Shown: positions 11,410 through 23,391 of the stretch, one piece after another
How positions within the stretch are numbered: position 1 is the first letter of the stretch
Layout of the letters: every line of letters begins with the position of its first letter
From: Azolla caroliniana
Taxonomy: Eukaryota > Plantae > Polypodiophyta
Length of the DNA: 64,000 nucleotides
Direction: 5' to 3'
Assembly (NCBI GenBank): GCA_043228905.1
Contig: JBHGNT010000008.1
Coordinates: 15,004,001-15,068,000 of the forward strand
Program-made: the position numbers and the translations under genes
Notes under the pieces: model-generated
Database searches by the model: none
Seen by the model: the letters and a program-made list of their open reading frames with translations, nothing else
What the model was told of the DNA's origin: nothing

Positions 11410-14400
11410 GGACCCTTACCCGAAACGCGCACCATGCCGGCCTCTTGACGGTTTGCCATCGTTATGCTTTCCCCGGTTGCCAGCTCGTGCTCCCCCTTAC
11501 CGGCTTGGTGGTAGCTGTTTTCCTCACAGATTGCCGTCGTGGTTGACCTGCCAACGTCTGATTCGGTGGCGACCCTTCGTTCAAATGGGTTCTTGGGCAT
11601 AGGTCCTTTGTATGGTTTTAGTCTAAATCCGTTGACCCATTTACCCTGCACTTCGCCAGCAAGTGTCCCTAACTGGTTGGATCCATTGAACTCGTGTGTG
11701 ATCCAATATGGTCCGGTCCATCTAAACCATCGTTTGCCTGGCATTTTACCCATCCGGGTCTGGAACACTAGTACCGGCTTGGCGATTTCGAACATCTTTT
11801 CATTTCCCTTCCGGTGACCATCTACAAACGCTTTCTATCGCCGTTGTTCCAATTCCAGGTGCATGATGCTCGCTAGTGGGTGTTCTTCTAGTTCACACAA
11901 AGCCTTTAACCGAATTGCCTCCGATTCTTTTTCATTGAGTCATTCCCGAATGTGAATCCGTAAGCTCGGTATCTGGAACTCGACCGGAATGACTGCCTCT
12001 AATCCGAATGCTAACCGGAACGGTGTTGTTCAGATGCTTGTCTTGTACGCTGTCCGGTAGGCCTAGAGCGCACTATGCAGCTTTGTATCCCAATGCATCT
12101 GGTTTTCGTTGACGATTTTCCGGAGGATATTCTGGAGCATTTTGTTCGTCGACTCAGCTAACCTGTTTGCTTGTGGATAGTAGGGTGTGCTTCGTTTATG
12201 TATACCACATAGAACGTCATCAAACTTTCTACCACTTGTCCAAGAAAGTGCCCTCCTTGGTCGCTTATCAGCTCTATGGGGCATCCGTACCGGCACCAAA
12301 TGCATTCGTATAAGAATTTCGCCGTTGACGCCGCAGTGTTGTCTCGTAGGGCTTTCGCTTCCACCCACTTAGTGCAGTAATCTGTCGCGACGATCACGTA
12401 CCGGTTACCGGTTCTCATTGCCAGTGGTTTAAATGGCCCGACAAAATCCAGCCCCCATTTCTAGAATGGTTCTAGTGGTAGAACTGGCTGATGCGGCATC
12501 CTAGCTTGTTCCGTTGGTTGGCCCATTCGCTGGCATAGATCACACTCTTTCGCATACCGGACTGCGTCTTTCAATGTAGTCGGCCACCATAGGCCACTTT
12601 GCCATATCTTCCTTGCCGTCGCATCCCCGACATAATGTCCTCCGGCAACTCCGTAGTGTGCCTCCCATAGTATTACCTCCTTCTCGTCGTTGTGCACCGC
12701 TCGTCTCCAGATACCATCCACACCTTTGTGGTATAGCGTGTCCTGTAATAAACAGAAGTGTCGGCTTTGTACTACCAGGCGCTTCCTATCGTCCCAGTTC
12801 ATCTCCCCCGGAGGCAATCCGGTACTCAGAAACTGGTGCATATTAGTTAGCCACTTATCTTCTTGTTCCACCGTTTCATCTGTTGCCATTTCCGTGGTGA
12901 CTCAAAAAAGCTCTGCATCCGGAAACTCGTCCAGTACTTCGTCACCTGTCTCCCCGGAATCTAACCGGCTTAGATAATCTGCTACCGCATGCTGTATGCC
13001 GGGTCGGTGGAATATCTCGAATTCGAACTCTTGCAACAGCAAAGTCCACCGGGTCAACTTACCAGTAAGTGACGCTTTGGATACTAGGTAGAGGAGTGCC
13101 GAATGATCTACATGGAAGGAGAACTTTCTTCCCAATAAATAATGCCTGAATTTTGTTACACTATAGATCATTCCTAAAGCTTCCCTCTCCGTGGTAGAAT
13201 AAGTTCGTTCCACTTGGGATAGCTTCCGGCTGGCATAGTACACTGGCCGGTACCACCTTGGCTCCGTAAGCTGTATGAGCGTGCTGCCGATTGCGATGTC
13301 GGAGGCGTCCACAAACACATGAAACTCTTTACTCCAATCCGGAGGCTGCACTACGGGTGCTTGTGACAATAACACCCTTAGTGCCCGGTACGCCTTGTCT
13401 TCGATGTCGGTCCATTGGAACGGTGTTCGATGTACTGCCGCATGCAGAGGTGTAGCCAGGTCCGCCAAATATCGGAGCATACGGCTATGCGAGCGGATTT
13501 GTCCTAAGAAACAGCTCAATGCCTTTGCCTTTGCCGGTGCCGGTGCTTCCAGGATTGCTTTCACTTTGTCTGGATCTATGGCAATGCCTTCCTTGCTCAC
13601 AATATGCCCCAATAGCGTTCCGCTGGACACTCCAAATACCCACTTCGTTGGATTCAAGCTTAGCGGGTACGCCCTACACTTCTCTAGACATAGTTTGAGG
13701 TGCTGCAAATGATCTTCTTCTCAGCTATAAACGGCGAAGTCTTCAAGGAATACCTGCATAAAAGCCGGTATGTATTCGGCAAAGATCTCCATGATGATCC
13801 GTTGGAATGTTGCCAGTGCCGTTTTCAGTCCGAACATCATCACCACAGCAACAAACACTCCCCATTCGGTAACGAAAGCCATTTTCTCTTGATCATCAGG
13901 GTGCATCCGGATCTGATTATACCCGCTGAATCCGTCTAAGAAACTGTAGACTTCATGGCCGGCGACGGCATCCAAAACTCCATCCATAAACGGAAGTGGA
14001 AATGCATCCGTTACTGTTGCTGCATTGAGCTTCCGGTAGTCGACACAAACTCTAATTTTGTCGTTCTTCTTCGGTACGACTACGATCGGGCTGAGCCAGG
14101 TAGTTTTCTTTACGGGACGGATGAAGCCAACCCTCAGCAATTTGTTGATTTCCTCCTTGATTTTGGCGGCGTAGTTTGGGTTCATCCGGTACCGACGCTG
14201 TGCTACCGGCTTGGCGTCTTTGCTCAGATGTATCTGGTGCTGATACAACTGAGGATCCAGCCCTCTCATATCCTCGTATGACCAGGCAAATACGTCGTGA
14301 AACTCGTTGAGGAGTGTGATTATCGCCGTTTTGTTCTCTACATTCATTTCTTTGGCAACGTGCACCGGTTTTGCCTCCTCCGCCGTTCCTAGATTTACCT

Positions 14401-17174
14401 CTTCTAATTGAGACGCTTTTACGCGCTGTGATACGGCCATTTCTCTTTCCAACGCCTCCTGCGCTTGCCGTAACTCCCGGATGGCTTCTTTATCCGGTCC
14501 CGCTTCGGTTCCGTCCGGTTGCAGTAAGTAGGGTGATACCGTTTCGGCAACGTCAATTTTGAATAGGGATACAATCTTCGGGCTCTCCTGCAAGTACTGA
14601 TCTTCTTCTTCGTCGGCTAATCCTTCCAGCATATTGACGCACTCTACATGTAATGGTGTCAGATCCTTGCCGTTGCCCTTCCTTGGTTGTGTTGGTACCC
14701 GTACCTTCGCTTTTCCCCGCCGGAACGTAATCATATTCCTCCTCCAGTTCTGCTTGATGTGTGCCGTCTTTATCCAAGGGTGTCCCAACAATAATGGGTA
14801 CGCTCCTTGAGCCTGCAACTGGAGAACTACGGCTGATATTCGGAATGTATGGCCCCCAATGGTTACTTCTAAGTCTCGTATTAATCCTGTCGGTCGCACC
14901 GAGCTTCTGTCCGCCATTTGGAGCCAAAACGGACATGGCTCCCACTCTTGGATTCTAAGAGCATCGCACGTCTGGAGGCTTATTACATTAACGCCAGAGC
15001 CTCCATCTATTATTGTGCCAGGGAGTTCTTTCCCTTTCACAATGGCAGTAATTGCTGGACTGTTGGTGTCCACCACCGCCGGTCCCTCCTCCGGTTTTGA
15101 GAAGAATGCCGGAGCCGGTGGTGTTCCGCCTGTCGTCATGCCGGACTTGAGTCCTTCTGTGAATCTTGGTGCTAGCTGCAAGAATCGTCCTAACGGCAGC
15201 GTGATCTGGCATTCCTGCAATACCTACCATGTCGCGTTTTCGGACTGAATGCCGCCGTGGAGCTCTTCGGTGTTCTCCTTTTGCTGCGCAAGTTCTGCTA
15301 CGTTTCGCTCATTTGCCTTTTTCACCCATTCCGTTGCCTGTTTCTGGATGGACTCTTGTGTCTCCCATTCCGTCGTCTTGCCCTTTGACCTTGTGGTGAC
15401 CTGTTGTAGGTCTGCGACTTCGGCGACTACCATGTTTACTGCTAGTCACTTATCATAGCTCTTTGCCGGACATTGATTACTGTAATGTCCTTCTTGCCGG
15501 CAATAATAGCAATATGCTTTCCGGGTATTGCTGGATTCGGCATTGTTTCCTGTACACGGTGGAGGGCATGTGGTAATCGCGGGGCTCTGGTCCGGTTGGC
15601 TGCTTGAGGCGCCTTTTTCCGGTTCATGTGGGTGGCTCCCGTTTTTGAAATGCCGTTTTTATTAAAGTTCTTTTTGTTGCGGTACTCTTGTCGGGGTTGG
15701 TCGTCATACCTCCCGTAATCTTCCCGTTGTTGGTGATAACTGGGGGAGTGATCCCAGTTGTGATGCTCGTACCGTCCATTGTAATCTGGGTACTTGTCAT
15801 ATCTCTTGTACCGGTCATAGTTGTCTCGCCGATTGTCGTACCGGACATCCTGTGCCGGTTGATATTGCTCCTCTCGCCGCTAGCATTCGTCTTCTTCATC
15901 TCGGCTGCTACATGACTCGATTTGCCGGACTGGTGGTGCTTGCCAATTCAAAAGGTTATATTCACACCGGTCCATCGTGTGGCTCGTAGATTGGTAGAGT
16001 AAGCAGTGCGTCCGCATGGTGCACTCTAGTGACGAGTGTCCGGAATTCAAGCAGGTCGTACATTGGATTGCTTGCCGGAAACGGAGATCCTCATCGGTTG
16101 GTAATGCTCGTTGGAGGGCTCCCATTGTTAGCCAAGAGCTCATTTTCTCCATTTCTCTAACCCGGTCGATGACGTGGTCGATGGTGCTTGTGCGAAAGTC
16201 GATGACCGTGCATACCGTTCGTAGAGGTTCCCGGAGCGCGGCTAAAAATATAGCCCGCGTTTCTTCCTCCGGAGGTGCGCGGGTAAGCTGACTATGCATC
16301 CGTTGAAACCAGATGACAAACTGCAAGATGCTCTCCCCGGGGTCCTACCGGATGGTATAAAATAAGCCCACCATTTCTCACTGGTCCAGGTGGTGATGGT
16401 GCTACGATCCTATGTCCGGTGCCATCTGGCGGCCTGTCCTTCCAATGTCACGCTGAATTCGGCTATCTTAGATCGTTCCTCTTCTGGTGTGATTAACCAT
16501 TGTGACACATGGTTCGCCTCCCATGTTTGTTGAAATGCGTGAACATGGGCCTCCGCGTCCGGATCATCCCTATACTTGGAGTACTGGAACGACATGTCGT
16601 TGTCCGGTGTCGGTACGCGGGCTGGTGGTGTCGGTGGTCTTTTCTGCTGTTCCGTCGGTGTCAGAGGTCTTTGCCAGTCTTCCTTTGGTGTTGCTGGCTT
16701 GACTTCCAGTGTCGGAGGTCTTTGCCGGCCTTTTTCCGTCTCCGGAGGTTGCTCCACGCCTAGTGCCGGAGGTTCCCGGTCTGCCAACTCTGGTTCCGGT
16801 GTCGGTAATGTATCCGACTCCTCGTCCTCCGGTCCTCCTGGGGTGTCGTTACTACTGTGATAGTTTGTGTGCACGCTGTAACCCCTTTCTGAATCCGATT
16901 CCAGCGCTGAAAATGCTTCAGATTCACCGTCTCTTCCGGCCAAGGCCTGGAGAAGGGTTTCCGCTTCCCGGAGACTGCTTAAGTTGCTTCCTTCGTCCAG
17001 GTAGGCATTTTGTTGCAAACGGAGCGACTCCTCCGCCACTTTCCGGATCACTTTGGAAAATGATCGATCCGTTCGGATTTCTTCCGCTGCTTGCTGGAAA
17101 GCCTCTCGCCGCCTTCTCCGTTCAGCAAGTCTTCGTGCTCTCTCCGTAACCGGGTCGTCTGTTGGCCAAGTCAT
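11410..17174 (-). pseudogene. G1 gag-pol, multiple stops and frameshifts
   Basis: gag 16410-17174 and 15880-16326; protease IIDGGSGVN and RT DVFAWSYEDM..YSFLDGFSGYNQI (13721-15220); RNaseH VDASD..YSTTEREAL (12902-13708); integrase HHCC and core (11560-12889). Confidence 0.93.
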
Positions 17175-17209
17175 CCATTCCTGCCGTTGTTCACTACGAT
17201 TGTGCAGGA

Positions 17210-17222
17210 ATCGTGGTCGCCA
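17210..17222 (-). promoter_or_regulatory. PBS of G1 (TGGCGACCACGAT, tRNA-Arg type)
   Basis: Lies 7 nt inside the 5' LTR and upstream of gag; identical in G3 (54093-54105). Confidence 0.8.
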
Positions 17223-17229
17223 AAAACTG

Positions 17230-17691
17230 TGTTAATCCTAGGGCCGGACACCAGCCTAACACAGGGTGTCCACTTAAGACACTTCACCAAAGGGTGGTAC
17301 GGCAGAATGACTTACGGCACAACGCTTAATTAGACCTTAATTGGTTACTTAGCAATTCATAATTAACACGTGTAAGATATAACAATGAATACAGAACGGT
17401 AATCAAAACTAGAAGATTAAGACAATAAGCTCTATTAATTATCCACTTCTGATTACATTATAACCGGGCCTTTATATAGGGGTCCAGTGCGAAATACAAA
17501 ATGGTGCCAACCGACACCTTTACGGGATCGGTCCGGATCCGGATCGGCATACCGATTCCGGTCCATCCCTCCACATCTTCTCATATATTAATATCTATAT
17601 TAAGATTACTAATTACAACAATTCCCAAATAAACTATTCCTTTTCACACTCTGATTTGGACCTCCTTAAGCCTTCTTGCCAGCCGGTAACA
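17230..17691 (-). repeat. G1 5' LTR
   Basis: TG..CA termini and a minus-strand TATA-like CCTATATAAAG near 17475. Confidence 0.92.
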
Positions 17692-20600
17692 GCTATTTCA
17701 AGAAACGGGGTCACCTATGGGAACCGGAGAAGGGCGCCTCAAGCAGCCAACCGGATCAAAGCCCCGCCGTTACCACAGGTCCTCCACTGGGGACACGAAA
17801 CAACGCCGAATCCAGCACTACCCGGAAAGCATATTGCTACTATTGCCGACAAGAAGGACATTATAGTAATCAATGCCCGACAAAGAGCTATGATAAACGA
17901 CCGGCAGTGAACATGGTAGTCACCGAAGTCGCAGACCTGCAGCAGGTAACCACAAGATCGAAGGGTAAGGCGACGGAATGGGAGGCGCAAGAGGCCATCC
18001 GCAAGCAGGCAACGGAATGGGTAAAAAAGGCGAATGCGCTGTCGTGCCTCTCGGCGCCGGATCGTTACGTGAGTCGGGTGGGAACCACTGGGGTTTTGGA
18101 CTAGGAGAAAGGAGATCGTGAGATAGAGATTAATTATGAGTAGATAGCAAAGAGAAAGAGAAGAAACTCGTGAATCACACGAGTATACTATATTAATTAG
18201 TACTTAGGTTGTTAAGAAAGAAGTAGATGCATAAATTGTGAATCACACGAATAATTTTTATATTGATCAATACTTAATCCAAAAATATCCAACCCTTATA
18301 CATCTTTCTCTCCTCCTTATATAAGGATGGAAGAGGCTAAGCATAGCTTCTTGCTTTTCTAAAGTGTTCATGCTCTCTAAATTTGCATGCTTTACTTTTC
18401 CCACTACAATTTCCTAAATTTAGCATTCATGCGCACTAGATGTGCATGCGTAATTTTATTAGTGTACATATAAATAAAATTTTCACGCATTCTAAAAATG
18501 CATGGCTTACCTTTTAATAAGGGTAGGCGAAAATAAAGGTTTCATACGTATTAAATCTATATTTGGAACACTTAGAATAAGTTAGTATAATGGTAACACT
18601 GGAGTTTGTCTGTGTGGAGGTGCAAGGTTCGAATCCTGCCCTATGCACGCAGCAAAAATTTTAATGTTTCTTTTATTTACAATTGTGTCTCTTCATCCCG
18701 TAAGAGACTCTCACCGGCCTTCTTCATCTGCCTCGTCCTTGCCGATTCCTCCTTGCCAGTTTGCCGATTCCTCTTCGTCCGGTTCTCACCGGGTATTTCA
18801 TTCTCTATCTGGATAGACAAAATGCAATTCCCACGTAGTGTGTAAATTACACTACGATAGCGCGAAACATGGCAAAGCTTGCACAGCAAAAGGAAAATAC
18901 CGAAGAGCTCGCCGGCGGCAGTCAACCCGAAAATGCGACATGGCAGGCACTACAAGGAATGCCAAATCACGCTGCCATTAGGACGGCTCCTGCAGCTAGT
19001 GCCCAGATTCACAGAAGGACTCAAGACAAGCATGACGGCAGGAGAAACACCACCGGCTCCAACATTCTTCTCAAATCCGGAGGAGGGACCGGTGGTAGTA
19101 GACACAAACAGTCCGGAAATCACAACCATCGTGAAGGGAAAGGAGTTACGCGGAATAGTAATAGATGGAGGATCCGACGTCAATGTGATTAGCCTCCGAA
19201 CGTGCAAAACCTTGGGAATCCAAGAGTGGGAACCATGCCCGTTCTAGCTGCGGATGGCGGATACAAGCTCAGTGCGAACGACCGGCTTGATACGAGATTT
19301 GGAAGTAACGATCGGCGGCCATGCATTTCGCATCTCGGCAGTGGTGCTACAACTACAAGCACAAGGAGCTTACCCACTCTTGTTGGGACGGTCGTGGTTG
19401 AAAACGGCGCACATTAAATAAAACTGGAGGAAAAATATAATCACTTTCCGACGGGAAAAAGCAAAAGTACGGGTACCGACACAACCACGGATGGGCACCG
19501 AGAAGGAATTGACACCCCTATATGCCGAATGCGTCAATATGTTGGACGGATTAGCAGATGAAGAGGTAGATCAATACTTGCAGGATAATCCGAAGATCAT
19601 ACCTCTGTTCGAAATTGACATAGCCGAAGCCATATCACCATACATACTGCCACCGGGCGGAGCCGACAAGGAACCAAATAAAGAAGTGATCCGGGAGCTA
19701 TGGCAAGCATAGGAGGAGCTGGAAAGAGAAATGGCCGTATCGCAACGGGTTAAAGCATCCCAACTAGAGGAGGTAAATCTAGGAACTACTGAAGAGGCAA
19801 GACCAGTGCACATCGCCAAGGAAATGACTCCGGAGAACAAAACGACGATGATTACACTTCTCAAAGAATTTCGGGACGTGTTTGCCTGGTCTTACGAGGA
19901 TATGCGAGGGCTCGATCCTTAGCTATATCAGCATCAGATACATTTGAGCAAAGACACCAAACCGGTAGCACAGCGGCGGTACCGGATGATTCCAAATTAC
20001 GCCGCCAAAATCAAGGAGGAAATTGACAAGTTGCTGAGGGTTGGCTTTATCCGCCCAGTAAAGAAATCTACATGGCTAAGCCCGATAGTAGTCGTACCAA
20101 AGAAAAACGGCAAAATTCGAGATTGTGTCGACTACCGTAAGCTTAATGTGGCGACGGTAACAGATGTATTCCCACTCCCATTTACGGATGGAGTTTTCGA
20201 CGCAGTCGCCGGCCATGAGGTATACAATTTCTTAGACGGATTCAGCGGATACAACCAAATCCGGATGCACCCCGATGATCAGGAGAAAACGGCTTTCGTC
20301 ACCGAATGGGGAGTGTTTGTTGCCGTAGTAATGATGTTCGGACTAAAAACGGTGCCGACAATGTTCCAGAGGATCATCATGGAAATATTCGGAGAGTTCA
20401 TACCAGCATTCATGCAGGTGTTTCTGGATGACTTCGCCATCTATAGTCGGGAAGGAGATCACTTTCAGCACCTCCGACTGTGTCTAGAGAAATGCCGGGC
20501 TTACCGGCTAAGCTTGAATCCGGCAAAATGTGTATTCGGAGTGTCAAGCGGGGCGTTATTAGGACACATTGTGAGCAAGGAAGGAATTTTCGTGGACCCG

Positions 20601-22753
20601 GACAAAGTAAAAGCAATCTTGGAGGCACCGGCACCAACAACGGCTAAAGCATTAAGCCGTTTCTTAGGTCAAATCCGGTGGCATAGCTGAATGCTCCGGT
20701 ATTTGGCGAACCTAGCTACACCACTGCATGTTGCAGTACACCGAACACCGTTCCAGTAGACGGACACCGAAGACAAGGCGTATCGGGCACTCAAAATACT
20801 ATTGTCACAAGCGCCGGTAGTGCAACCCCCGGATTGGGCTAAGGAGATTCATGTGTTCGTGGATGCGTCCAACATTGCAATCGGAAGTGCGCTCATGCAA
20901 CTTACAGAGCCAAGCTGGTACTGGCCCGTATATTACGCAAGCCGAAAGTTATCCCAAGCTTTGGGCATGATCTACAGCGTGAAAAAGTTCAGACATTATT
21001 TGATGGGAAGGAAATTTTCCTTCCACATAGATCATTCGGCACTCCTCTATTTAGTTTCCAAAGCGTCACTAACCGGTAAGTTGGCACGGTGGACGTTACT
21101 GTTGCAGGAATTTTAGTTCGAAATATTCCACCGACCCGGCATACAGCATGCAGTAGCAAACTATTTGAGCCGGTTAGATTCCGGCGAGACTGGTGACAGA
21201 GTCCGGACGAGTTTCCAGATGCTGAGCTATTTCGAGTCACCGCGGAAACGGCAACAAATGAAACGGTGGCACAAGAAGATAAGTGGCTGACGAATATGCA
21301 ACAATTTCTGAGCACCGGATTGCCTCCGGACGAGATGAACCGGGACGAGAGGAAACGCCTGGCGGTACAAAGCCGCCACTTCTATTTCTTATGGGGCATG
21401 CTATACCACAAAGGCGTGGGCGGTATATGGCGACGGGCGGTGCGCAGCGACGAGAAGGATATAATACTACGAGAAGCACACTGCGGAGTCGCCGAAGGCC
21501 ATTACACCAGAGATGCTACGACAAGGAAGATATGGCAGAGTGGCCTATGGTGGCCGATAACATTGAAAGACGCGGTCCGGTATGCTAAAGAATGCAACCT
21601 ATGTTAGCGAATGGGCCAGCCAACCGAACAAGCTAGGATGCTGCACCAGCCGGTACTGCCATTAGAACCATTTCAGAAATGGGGGCTGGATTTTGTGGGT
21701 CCATTCAAACCACAGGCAATGAGAACCGGCAACCGGTATGTGATCGTAGCTACGGATTACTGCACGAAATGGGTAGAAGCCAAAGCCTTGCGCGACAACA
21801 CCGCAGCGTCAACGGCGAAATTCTTGTATGAATACATCTGGTGCAGGTATGGATGCCCGATCGAGCTAATAAGTCACCAAGGAGAGCACTTCCTCGGCCA
21901 AGTGGTGGAAAGCTTGACGTCGTTCTATGCCGTGGTGCATAAACGAAGCACGCCATACTATCCGTAAGCAAACGGGTTAGCCGAGTCGACAAACAAAACG
22001 CTACAGAATATCCTTCGGAAAATCGTCAACAAAAACCGGACAGACTGGGATACGAAGTTGCACAGCGCACTCTGGGCTTACCAGACAACCTACAAAACAA
22101 GCATCCAAACCACACCGTTCCGGCTAGCATTCGGATTGGAGGCCGTCATGCCGATAGAGTTCCAAGTCCCGAGCTTACGGATTCAGATTAGGGAATAGTT
22201 AAACGAAAAGGAATCGGAGGCAATTCGGTTAGCGGCTCTGTGTGAACTAGAAGAACACTGACTAGCGAGTATCATGCACCTAGAACTGGAGCACCGGCGA
22301 AGAAAGGCGTTTGTGGATCACCACCGAAAAGGAAATGAAAAGATGTTTGGAATCGGCAAGCCGGTACTAGTGTTCCAGACTCGGATGGGAAAGATGTCGG
22401 GGAAACTACGGTTTCGGTGGACCAGACCGTACTAGATCACATGCGAGTTCAATGGATCCTACCAGTTAGGGACACTTGCCGGCGAAGTCCTGGGTAAGTT
22501 GGTCAACGGATTTCGACTAAAGCCATACAAGGGACCCATGCTGAGGAACCCATTTGAACAAGGAACGGCCGATGTTGAACCAGATACCGGAATACCGGAA
22601 ACAACGGCAACCCGATTAGCAATCGGCAACAACGAAGCCGGTAAGTGGGACAAAGAGCCGACACACAGGTCGGATAAGAGGACGACAAACCATCACAAGG
22701 CCGGCAAGATTCCACAATCGGGTAAGGGTCCGATAGGACCGGAGGCGAATTAA
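17692..22753 (+). pseudogene. G2 gag-end and pol (PR-RT-RH-INT), disrupted
   Basis: VIDGGSDVN; RT with FLDD (19944-20690); RNaseH 20802-21116; integrase PFQKWGLDFVGP (21611-21967); C-terminal NGFRLKPY. Confidence 0.92.
18040..18859 (-). mobile_element. Solo LTR, family D (~820 bp), 4-bp TSD GCGC
   Basis: Reverse-complement homolog of LTR 62942-63736. GCGC occurs at 18036-18039 and 18860-18863, and removal restores the G2 frame AAT GCG CGA AAC. The terminal CA has mutated to TA. Confidence 0.87.
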
Positions 22754-22772
22754 CCTAACAATTGATTAATCA

Positions 22773-22773
22773 A

Positions 22774-22802
<29 letters not shown>
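22773..22802 (+). repeat. (AAT)n microsatellite after the G2 pol stop
   Basis: Visible AAT run. Confidence 0.9.
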
Positions 22803-22804
<2 letters not shown>

Positions 22805-23391
22805 CAAAATAAAAATAAATCAAAACAAATCAAAGAAATCATGCAAAGGAGTGGTGGGAACGGCCATGCAAACGAGTAAAGAGGCACTTCGAAAAGGTAC
22901 GAGGGGGCTATGAATAGGGCATTAAACCACCGCCACATGGCACGTAATGCTATTCTAGTACACGACCTGCACATGGGTAGGCTCGAAAAAGGCGCCAAGA
23001 TGTAGAGAGAAAACGCCCCCCGCATCGAGACCTTCTTTTGCGAACCAAGGAGCATAGATGCACACAGGCGCTTGAAGATCATCATAAGAGAGCCAACACA
23101 CACAGAGCTTCCTCACACAAAGCTTCCTCATACACAACCCTCACCAACGTTGTCCGACCTCGACGCAGAGATGGACTGCCAGACTCCCTCTAAGGCCGCC
23201 AAGAAATGGCTACAACAACACGGATTGGAGGGGTTCCTCACAATCATGGAAGCACCACCACATAGAAAAGCCGACAAGATCATCAAAGAAATTCACACCA
23301 AGCTGATCACGGAGGAAGCAATTCGTGCACTAACAGGCCTTCTGGAGGGGGGCATCTATATGATTGACAACCCTACCTCCGAATGGCTCAT

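Larger units (their letters stand above)
8102..17691 (-). mobile_element. Ty3/gypsy element G1 (non-chromovirus, Athila/Tat-like), two LTRs, no matching TSD
   Basis: LTRs 8102-8556 and 17230-17691, PBS 17210-17222, and gag-PR-RT-RH-INT-ORF3 on the minus strand. Flanks CCAAG and GCTAT do not match. Confidence 0.92.

Noticed and set aside
18581-18650. Functional tRNA gene
   Set aside because: A and B boxes are present but there is no convincing acceptor or anticodon stem, and it lies within an LTR.
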